Below, piece by piece: positions 57,344 to 64,000 of a stretch of DNA of 64,000 nt. Origin of the DNA: a virus; IMG/VR virus record IMGVR_UViG_3300048583_000155, positions 6,415 through 70,414 of that record, one strand, 5' to 3'. The notes under the pieces are model-generated. The model was given only the letters and a program-made list of their open reading frames with translations. It was not told the origin of the DNA and searched no databases. The translations under genes and the position numbers were made by a program. Within the stretch, counting starts at the first letter, position 1. Every line of letters starts with the position of its first letter.

Positions 57344-57571
57344 ATGGTAACGAAAAAAGACATTAAAGATTATGACTTCAAAAACATGGATCAGTATTTC
57401 GATTATGTACTTGAAAGCATTGTAAACGGACAAAGACAACAAGCGAAGAATTTAATCTCTTGCTTTTCCCAAAGACAACGAAACCAATTTGCCATGTATT
57501 TAGAAAATGGCTGTTTCTTTCCTTTGGAGCACAAACAAGAAGCAAAACAAATGGCATTTGCCGGAAATTGA
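57344..57571 (+). CDS. Early hypothetical protein
   Basis: YFDYVLESIVNGQRQQAK; start MVTKKD. Confidence 0.7.
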   Translation: MVTKKDIKDYDFKNMDQYFDYVLESIVNGQRQQAKNLISCFSQRQRNQFAMYLENGCFFPLEHKQEAKQMAFAGN

Positions 57572-57572
57572 T

Positions 57573-57821
57573 ATGGAAAACTTCAGAAAACAGTATCGGG
57601 ATTTAGAAATGCGAGTTTTAAATGAACTCAGGAACAAGATTGAAAAATCAAAAAGAAAATCAAAGCATACAGGACAAAAAGCAATAAAGGTCAATGTTTT
57701 TGACTATACAGAATTAACGATCCGTGAAGACAATTTGGTTTTTCTTGATGAATATGGATACGAGTACTCAGTATTCAATGAAGTAAGTTTGGAGGATTTG
57801 ATCAACATTTTACAAAAATAA
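57573..57821 (+). CDS. Early hypothetical protein
   Basis: Start reassigned to MENFRK. Confidence 0.65.
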   Translation: MENFRKQYRDLEMRVLNELRNKIEKSKRKSKHTGQKAIKVNVFDYTELTIREDNLVFLDEYGYEYSVFNEVSLEDLINILQK

Positions 57822-57909
57822 CCACTCAAACAGTCAATTTACCTTTAGTGTAATTCGCCTTTACCGCGAAAAATTAATCAATTAAATTAGAATCATAAAT
57901 CATAAGACC

Positions 57910-58221
57910 ATGAAAAATCTAGCAGAATTTAAAAAACAGGCAAAAATCGGAGTGAAATTAAACTCTATTTTCCACAAAGAATTTTCCCACAGGGAAGAAT
58001 CAGGTAAAGTAGTCTATAAGGACATTTTAAAAGAACCAAGAGAAGTCTCTATTGTCCAATCCAATGCAATAGCTCTGAAGACCAAAAAATCAGACGGTAC
58101 TATTACCGATTCTTGGTTTGCTTTTCCAAAGGCAAAAGAATGTGATTTTGTGGACGGTAAAATGATCGTCTATGAAGATGAGGATAAGAAAGATAAGGTT
58201 TTGACTTATTGGTTTGATTAA
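57910..58221 (+). CDS. Early hypothetical protein
   Basis: MKNLAEFKK ... VQSNAIAL ... SWFAFPKA. Confidence 0.75.
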   Translation: MKNLAEFKKQAKIGVKLNSIFHKEFSHREESGKVVYKDILKEPREVSIVQSNAIALKTKKSDGTITDSWFAFPKAKECDFVDGKMIVYEDEDKKDKVLTYWFD

Positions 58222-58255
58222 CGGGAACCGAAAGAATATTTAAATTGGTAAGACC

Positions 58256-58555
58256 ATGAAGACCGAAAAGAAAACCGATGGCTACAGCTATGCTATCATC
58301 AAAGAAAATTATCCAGACCTTGAAAGGCTGACCGTTTTGTCCCCAGAAAAAGGAGAAACAAAATACAATCCAAAGAAAAAATACGCAATGATTGTAAAAG
58401 GAGTACACAAAGACCACAGCGAATCAATCTATTTCATTGTGTATTCAAATGACTTGGAAAACCTCCACAACAGGGCTAAAAAATATCCAAGTTGGTATAA
58501 TTACCCAATCGGATTGACAAAAAACATGCAAGGTTATATCAGAGAAATAAACTAA
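58256..58555 (+). CDS. Early hypothetical protein
   Basis: AAGACCATG start. Confidence 0.7.
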   Translation: MKTEKKTDGYSYAIIKENYPDLERLTVLSPEKGETKYNPKKKYAMIVKGVHKDHSESIYFIVYSNDLENLHNRAKKYPSWYNYPIGLTKNMQGYIREIN

Positions 58556-58561
58556 AAAACA

Positions 58562-59038
58562 ATGGGAACTAAACATCACCAAGTCGTAATCGACAAAGAA
58601 GGAAACATGAAAATCGCACAGTATGGACAATGGGACGGATACCCTAGTGGACAGGGAGTGGACATCTTGAACTACTTAAGAGGTGCAAATCTTGAAAAGT
58701 ATCAAGAGAATTTGGCTAAGATTCCTGAAATAACCAAAAAACAGGAAGCGGAAGTCTATAAAGATAAGAATTGGCCGACAAATTACCCTTACTTAAGCCG
58801 TAACTGTGGCGCAAAAATTCACCAAATGATTGAGAACGGCGGAGTGCCGTTTGTAGCGTATTGCTCAAAAGAAGAGGCTAACAAATGGTGCGAAGGGTTT
58901 TATACGATTGATTTCCAAAAGAATACTTTTACAGCTGATTATTACGACACCAAAAAGGAATACAGCCTTTCAAAATTACCGACAATCAAAAAATTCCTCA
59001 AAGATTTTACACAAAAAGAAGAAGATGACACCTTTTGA
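58562..59038 (+). CDS. Early phage protein with DGYP motif
   Basis: MGT ... AQYGQWDGYPSGQG ... YTIDF. Confidence 0.8.
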   Translation: MGTKHHQVVIDKEGNMKIAQYGQWDGYPSGQGVDILNYLRGANLEKYQENLAKIPEITKKQEAEVYKDKNWPTNYPYLSRNCGAKIHQMIENGGVPFVAYCSKEEANKWCEGFYTIDFQKNTFTADYYDTKKEYSLSKLPTIKKFLKDFTQKEEDDTF

Positions 59039-59189
59039 GATCAGTATTTGCCAAGAAGCCTTAACCAAACATTGGGGACTTAGAGATTCTTTTGAAGAAT
59101 TGCCCGATGAGGCAATAGAAACACTATCCCAAATGACAGGGATAAGAGAGAAGTATATCCGTGAAAACCTAGACGAAATTTTATCATGA
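59025..59189 (+). CDS. Early hypothetical protein
   Basis: Start reassigned to MTPFEIS. Confidence 0.55.
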   Translation: MTPFEISICQEALTKHWGLRDSFEELPDEAIETLSQMTGIREKYIRENLDEILS

Positions 59190-59395
59190 AAGTAGCACAA
59201 GAAATAAGTATCAAAGAAAGAGAGAGACAAGAGAAAGAGATTACAAGGCTTACTTACTATAATCCTAAATCTCAATCTAGGAAAAACAATCGAAAAAACA
59301 CAAAGGCAAGACGGATTCAGTTTATCACCTGTGTAAATGACAGTGTTTTTCCTCCTGTATTTTGGACAAGAACAATTAAGCATATTGCAAGATAA
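59186..59395 (+). CDS. Basic hypothetical protein
   Basis: ATGA overlap. Confidence 0.6.
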   Translation: MKVAQEISIKERERQEKEITRLTYYNPKSQSRKNNRKNTKARRIQFITCVNDSVFPPVFWTRTIKHIAR

Positions 59396-59398
59396 CCG

Positions 59399-59665
59399 AT
59401 GAAAAACCACATTACAGCACTCAAAGAGTGTAAAAATTACAGAATCACTTGGGAGAATGAAAGCCTGTTTATGGAAGATAGGGCTTTACTCGAAGCACTC
59501 AAAGCATTTTCCGGACAAACGGAATTTGCCTACATAGTTGCCTTATACGGCGATATGTCAATCGAACAGTTCATGAGTAGGGTAATAACCGAAACATGGT
59601 ACGAGATCAAAGAATTACACGAAAAATCAGGGTTTATTGTCACTACTGAAGCGATAGATCAATGA
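59399..59665 (+). CDS. Hypothetical protein
   Basis: 88 aa ORF in operon. Confidence 0.65.
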   Translation: MKNHITALKECKNYRITWENESLFMEDRALLEALKAFSGQTEFAYIVALYGDMSIEQFMSRVITETWYEIKELHEKSGFIVTTEAIDQ

Positions 59666-59739
59666 AAAAAGGAGACTTAATTTCAATCATCGTAGCCCTG
59701 ATTATAATCTTCGGGCTTGCATTTCTAAAAACACTATGA
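59662..59739 (+). CDS. 25-aa single-TM peptide (not in ORF track)
   Basis: MKKGDLISIIVALIIIFGLAFLKTL with ATGA overlaps at both ends. Confidence 0.65.
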   Translation: MKKGDLISIIVALIIIFGLAFLKTL

Positions 59740-59939
59740 AAAACACCACAAATTACATCAATCCTCGATATATCAGAGGTATAGAAATTACCGAAATCAA
59801 TGAAACGGATTTTGAAATGTGTTTCCTTGGAAAATATGATAACGGTCAAATTATTTTGGGGAGAAGGTTTTTCCAAACCCAATCTGAAGCCGAGTCATTT
59901 GCTGAAAAATTAGGTTTTATTCTAAAGAGCGTAAAATGA
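59736..59939 (+). CDS. Hypothetical protein
   Basis: Coupled ORF. Confidence 0.65.
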   Translation: MKNTTNYINPRYIRGIEITEINETDFEMCFLGKYDNGQIILGRRFFQTQSEAESFAEKLGFILKSVK

Positions 59940-60160
59940 TACAGCACATATTCAGAATCAAAGGACAGGAATTATTCTTTTACATGAATGACAACGGAGA
60001 TGTGGTATTCAGAAAAAAGGATGACGAAACCGAAATCTCGGCAAATGACGCAAAGACGGTATTCAACAAACTTCTCACTCAGATAGAAGTATTTGAAGCA
60101 GAACAACGGGACAAAAATTCATTCAGAAATCGAATCGCTAGAAAACTATTTAAAAAATGA
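59936..60160 (+). CDS. Hypothetical protein
   Basis: Coupled ORF. Confidence 0.65.
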   Translation: MIQHIFRIKGQELFFYMNDNGDVVFRKKDDETEISANDAKTVFNKLLTQIEVFEAEQRDKNSFRNRIARKLFKK

Positions 60161-60375
60161 AAAACAAAGTAGTAATCAAACTCAAAAACGGACGTGTAGA
60201 GCATGTTATGGCTTCGGGTGATACCGATGTAGCAATTATCGAAGAACACGCAACAGTAAGCGCAAAAACCATATCATTTGCCAAAATGGAGCCGGATTTC
60301 ATCTTTGAGATCGGAAAAGCATTCGAGGCATACATGGGCAAAGCAAGGAAGTGGCTTGAAAATGAGAAATTTTAG
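60157..60375 (+). CDS. Hypothetical protein
   Basis: KVVIKLKNGRVEHV pattern; coupled ORF. Confidence 0.65.
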   Translation: MKNKVVIKLKNGRVEHVMASGDTDVAIIEEHATVSAKTISFAKMEPDFIFEIGKAFEAYMGKARKWLENEKF

Positions 60376-60394
60376 TATCTTTCAAACAAAAACC

Positions 60395-60595
60395 ATGAAA
60401 ACAACACTTAATTCGACTAAGTTGACCATACAGCACTTCATGAAGTCAGGTCAGCTTTTCACCCACATTTATTCGGGTAATTTTCCCGATGCAGTAAGGG
60501 CTTTGGCTGAAATCAACGGATCAATGCCAATCGTTAGCCGTTCATCAAACGGTTCAGACTTCTTCAATTTCAATCTCATTCTAAACCTAAACTAA
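60395..60595 (+). CDS. Hypothetical protein
   Basis: AAAAACCATG start (MKTTLNS). Confidence 0.6.
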   Translation: MKTTLNSTKLTIQHFMKSGQLFTHIYSGNFPDAVRALAEINGSMPIVSRSSNGSDFFNFNLILNLN

Positions 60596-60831
60596 TGATT
60601 GCAGACCATTTATATGACACAATCGGGAAGATTGATCATTTGTCGAACTCCGTAATTCACGCATGGCACTCGGATTTCCCGATGTTCGTCAGATACATCA
60701 CCATTCACCGACAGACCAAAATTCTCGGTCAAATGGTAGGTACAATGGATAGTTTGGACATCTACGATACACTCAGGAGAGAAAAGAATCACATTTGCCG
60801 ACAGTTTGAGTCGAACTTCAAAAAGAAGTAA
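60595..60831 (+). CDS. Hypothetical protein
   Basis: TAATG overlap with upstream gene. Confidence 0.6.
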   Translation: MIADHLYDTIGKIDHLSNSVIHAWHSDFPMFVRYITIHRQTKILGQMVGTMDSLDIYDTLRREKNHICRQFESNFKKK

Positions 60832-60836
60832 AAAAA

Positions 60837-60871
60837 TTTGTTGTAATAATTAACAATGTTAAGTAAATTTG
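60837..60871 (+). promoter_or_regulatory. Bacteroidota sigma-A type promoter with embedded palindromic operator
   Basis: TTTG(TTG) ... TAAATTTG with TTAACAATGTTAA (60850-60862) in the spacer; ATG 4 nt downstream. Confidence 0.75.
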
Positions 60872-60875
60872 GATC

Positions 60876-61673
60876 ATGGATAAATTCGAAATAAGCAAAA
60901 AAATAGACAGTCAGATCACTCAGATATTCAGCAACAGTCAGTTGCAGGGATTTGAAAAGGCCGTGAAACTGGCAGACGGAGTAAATATGCTTCGTGAACT
61001 TCTTTCAGCCGACTATATGGCTTCGATTATGAAGTTGCAGGGTAGTAAGATTGGATTCAGGACTGACAAGGACAAAAAGCAGGACGGTACAAAAGGAGAA
61101 GGTTATCCTGTTGATATTGTAAAAGACTGTCTGATTGAAGCTACTTTGATCGGGCTTGAACCTGTGGGTAATCATTGGAATATTCTTGCAGGGAATATGT
61201 ACGTGACCAAAGAAGGCGCTGAATACCTTCTGAATAAAGAAGGTGTAAAACATATCCTAAGATTCGGTTCGCCTCAGATTGACCAACAACAAAAAGTGGC
61301 AAGACTTGATGTAGAGGTAGAATGGACTCACGAAGGTCAAAAGAACAAAGAAACTGTTCCTGTCAGTACAAAATGGAACGCTTACACTACCGAAGACGCT
61401 ATTCAGGGCAAGGCTACCCGAAAAGCGAGAGTATGGCTTTACAACCGAATCCATAATACTCAGATTTCCGATGGTGATATTACCGACATTCCGTATCAGG
61501 AAGTAAACGAGGTTATCACTTATGAAAACCTTGAAACTCTTTTCCATGAAAGAATCGAAGTATTGACCGAAGCCGAAATGAAACACGCTAAGGCTATCTT
61601 GGAAAACAAAAGAGAAAAGGATTACAAAAGGCTTTTCGATTTCCTTAACAGTGAAGAAGTAAAAGCAAGATAA
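60876..61673 (+). CDS. Probable single-strand annealing protein (RecT/Red-beta-like)
   Basis: Paired with lambda-type exonuclease; CLIEATLIGLEP ... YVTKEG ... GKATRKA pattern. Confidence 0.55.
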   Translation: MDKFEISKKIDSQITQIFSNSQLQGFEKAVKLADGVNMLRELLSADYMASIMKLQGSKIGFRTDKDKKQDGTKGEGYPVDIVKDCLIEATLIGLEPVGNHWNILAGNMYVTKEGAEYLLNKEGVKHILRFGSPQIDQQQKVARLDVEVEWTHEGQKNKETVPVSTKWNAYTTEDAIQGKATRKARVWLYNRIHNTQISDGDITDIPYQEVNEVITYENLETLFHERIEVLTEAEMKHAKAILENKREKDYKRLFDFLNSEEVKAR

Positions 61674-62422
61674 TGGGAATGACTACGAATATTGACCGTA
61701 TAGGAAATGCTACAAGTTCTCAGATTTACCGATTGATGGGTACGCCACAGGTATTTGAAACTTACTTGGAAGAGTGTAACATGGAAAGGGAATTGATGAG
61801 ATCGGTTGACAAAGAGGAAAATGCCCGACAACTGACTTGGGGGAAATTATGTGAAACTTACCTGTTTGGAAATTACAGTCTTTTGGGTCTTGGATACAGG
61901 GCTTCTGGAGATAAAACTAGAGTCCATAAATATTACAATTGGTGGTCCGGTTCAGAGGACGGAGAGTTTGAAGATGATGTGAAAGGAGTTTTGGAACTGA
62001 AATGCCCATACACAGTCAAGTCTTTCTATAAGTTCTCGAAAGCCATTAAAACAGGTAGCATCGAAGCGGTCAGGGATGTAAAAATCGGAACCTCAAAGGA
62101 TGGTGAAAAATACTATTGGCAGATGGTTTCAAACGCCTGTCTTTTAGATGTTGACTACGCTGAATTTTGCGTGTATATGCCGTTTGAAATAGAATTGGAT
62201 GCCATAAGAGAGGCTTCAAGTTTCATGGATAATCTTAACGACTACGCTTGGGTAAATTGGTCTAATAACGATCAGTTGCCGCATCTGAAAGTCAATGGTG
62301 TTTTACCAAACCTGAGTAAATTAAGATTCAAAGTGCCTCAAAAAGATAAAGATGCTCTTGAAATGAAAATGATTGAGTTTGGTAGTAAGTTAATTCCTTA
62401 TCATTCTGAATTTCAACCATGA
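61673..62422 (+). CDS. Lambda exonuclease / YqaJ-like recombination nuclease
   Basis: RIGNATSS, WGKLCE, SGSEDG, LELKCPY, YYWQM. Confidence 0.85.
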   Translation: MGMTTNIDRIGNATSSQIYRLMGTPQVFETYLEECNMERELMRSVDKEENARQLTWGKLCETYLFGNYSLLGLGYRASGDKTRVHKYYNWWSGSEDGEFEDDVKGVLELKCPYTVKSFYKFSKAIKTGSIEAVRDVKIGTSKDGEKYYWQMVSNACLLDVDYAEFCVYMPFEIELDAIREASSFMDNLNDYAWVNWSNNDQLPHLKVNGVLPNLSKLRFKVPQKDKDALEMKMIEFGSKLIPYHSEFQP

Positions 62423-62643
62423 AACATCTACTGATTATTGTCATGTTTTTCATTCAGGTGAATGGGAAAAACTATTGTGATGGATGGAAAGAATCTTATA
62501 TAGAAGGTTGGTGCTATCGTGATCCAAACTGCATAAAACCAATAGTCCCACCATGTCCTTTGCCTGAAGTGAATTTTAATACGTATCAGGACGGTAAGAA
62601 TGACGGATTTTTAAAAGGCAAAAAAGACAGAAAAGAATTATGA
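62419..62643 (+). CDS. Small secreted Cys-rich protein
   Basis: Signal-like N-terminus; YCDGW..GWC ... C..P..PPCP ... YQDG..DGF. Confidence 0.65.
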   Translation: MKHLLIIVMFFIQVNGKNYCDGWKESYIEGWCYRDPNCIKPIVPPCPLPEVNFNTYQDGKNDGFLKGKKDRKEL

Positions 62644-63551
62644 AATTCAGACAACTAACATCAAAAGTAATCGAAATGTTGGAAACCGACCAACTTCGGA
62701 AAAGAAACAATAACATCTACTCAGAGGCAAGCAAAAAGACATTCTTAGCTTCTTTTAGGATCATTTTAGAAGAATCAGATGATTTTGAAACTTACCCGAT
62801 TGGATGGGCTGATAATCTTCGGGCAAATCTCCAAAAAAGAGGAGTGGAAAAGACTACTGAGAATTTTTATTTGGGAATGTGCGTGTGGTTGTTCAAAACA
62901 TTTGCCGATTTGGGATATCCGGTTGTGTACAGACCAAAAGACTTTGCAAGACAAAACGAGTCAGATGCAATGGTAATTCCAGACAACGAAAAGGTAATGG
63001 AAAGGATGTCAAGATTCAAGCCGTCCAAAACACAGGTAGAGTCATTCAAATACATCATAGCCGCACTTTATACCGCAGCAAGGTATTCCGACATGGTTTC
63101 ATGGGATCAGTCGAATTTGGTCGAAAGAAGCGGTAAATTATACCTGTCTTACGTGCCAAAGAAAACTTCAAGAAGAGAAATCATTATTCCTGTTTCAAAT
63201 GAACTTGCAGAATGTTTCAGTCCTTCGGGTAAATTATTACCACGGATTGATTATCAGAAATTGAACCGTGATGTCAAGAACATTTTCAATGATGCCGGTT
63301 TTCATGACACGGTAATCAGAAAAAGAAAAGTCGGTGACAAAATCGTGTCAAAAGAGTATGAAATGTGGGAGTTAATGGGTATTCACAGACTCAGGGCTTG
63401 CGCTATTACAGGTATGCTTGAATCAGGACTTACTGAGTCCGATGTAAAAGCGTTTTCTGGGCATTCTTATTCGTCAAAATCATTCGACAGGTATGTTCAT
63501 CTTTCTACAAATCATTTGGATCAGGCTTATCAGAAATATCAGAATAGGTAA
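62640..63551 (+). CDS. Tyrosine recombinase / integrase
   Basis: TAARYSD (R), PKKT (K), IHRLRACAIT (HxxR), SGH ... FDRYV (H, Y). Confidence 0.9.
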   Translation: MKFRQLTSKVIEMLETDQLRKRNNNIYSEASKKTFLASFRIILEESDDFETYPIGWADNLRANLQKRGVEKTTENFYLGMCVWLFKTFADLGYPVVYRPKDFARQNESDAMVIPDNEKVMERMSRFKPSKTQVESFKYIIAALYTAARYSDMVSWDQSNLVERSGKLYLSYVPKKTSRREIIIPVSNELAECFSPSGKLLPRIDYQKLNRDVKNIFNDAGFHDTVIRKRKVGDKIVSKEYEMWELMGIHRLRACAITGMLESGLTESDVKAFSGHSYSSKSFDRYVHLSTNHLDQAYQKYQNR

Positions 63552-63593
63552 CGTTCGGGCAGTTGATTAGTAAAAAATTTAAATCAAAAAAAT

Positions 63594-63863
63594 ATGTACA
63601 AAGAGCCAAAAGAACAAGCAAGGGAAATGTTTAACAAAATCCGATATATGGATGGTGAAAACAAAAACTGTACTACTTGTGATTGTGTAGTAAAACCGAT
63701 TGTAAAGTATATGATTGGGTGTATATTAGAAGCTAACCCAAGCGGTTGGTTTAATAACGGATTTGAATGGGAGAAAGATTTTTTTACTACTCCTGTCAAT
63801 GAAGGTTGGGTAGATGCAAACAAGTATTGGAATGCTGTAATGTCTATTGTAGACGGATGGTAG
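63594..63863 (+). CDS. Hypothetical Bacteroidota phage protein
   Basis: PKEQAREMFNK ... ILEANP ... YWNAV pattern. Confidence 0.75.
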   Translation: MYKEPKEQAREMFNKIRYMDGENKNCTTCDCVVKPIVKYMIGCILEANPSGWFNNGFEWEKDFFTTPVNEGWVDANKYWNAVMSIVDGW

Positions 63864-63868
63864 CCATT

Positions 63869-63969
63869 GCTTATAACGTTTGGTGGCTTGGCGAAGTACC
63901 GCCTAGCACAAATGTTGAATTATAGTACAAAGGCTTATGGCGGTATTTTGCCAAACCACTGTTATAAGC
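63869..63969 (+). repeat. Long imperfect inverted repeat, attC-like
   Basis: GCTTATAAC / GTTATAAGC outer 9-bp arms; inner TTGGCGAAGTACCGCC / GGCGGTATTTTGCCAA arms. Confidence 0.75.
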
Positions 63970-64000
63970 CGTTTTTTTCTTGGTTTGGTGTAACAATTTA

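Noticed and set aside
1-64000. Stop-codon reassignment
   Set aside because: Long genes are intact in the standard bacterial code, and TAA, TGA and TAG all occur as apparent stops

Overview
This window is most or all of a ~64 kb tailed dsDNA phage genome. The host is very probably Bacteroidota, plausibly Cytophagales: there are TTTG...TAnnTTTG promoters, A-rich translation starts without Shine-Dalgarno sequences, and DUF4494- and DUF4373-like genes. The minus strand (1-51.3 kb) is read right to left. It carries a middle region (three DNA methyltransferases, a truncated beta-clamp-like protein, a MazG-like protein, HTH proteins, a DUF4373-type initiator and DnaB). A podovirus-like late region follows: candidate terS, HNH, terL, portal, scaffold, major capsid, fibre/lyase/tailspike genes, ring and nozzle proteins, ejection proteins, an inserted five-gene module and lysis genes (holin, GH19 endolysin, unimolecular spanin). 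The plus strand (51.8-64 kb) carries about 30 short early genes, an annealing protein/exonuclease pair and a tyrosine recombinase. No DNA polymerase, virion RNA polymerase, complete tRNA, CRISPR array or reverse transcriptase was seen. The most interesting observations are: an attC-like hairpin and cassette-like gene behind the recombinase; a tiny Pro/Gly/Lys peptide coupled to a multi-TM protein at the head of the lysis cassette; a lone antisense His-Cys (clan CD-like) protease gene with its own promoter; a palindromic operator repeated inside several near-leaderless promoters; a second triple operator at the divergence point; and several candidate structured RNAs. All product calls come from motif recognition by eye, not from database searches.
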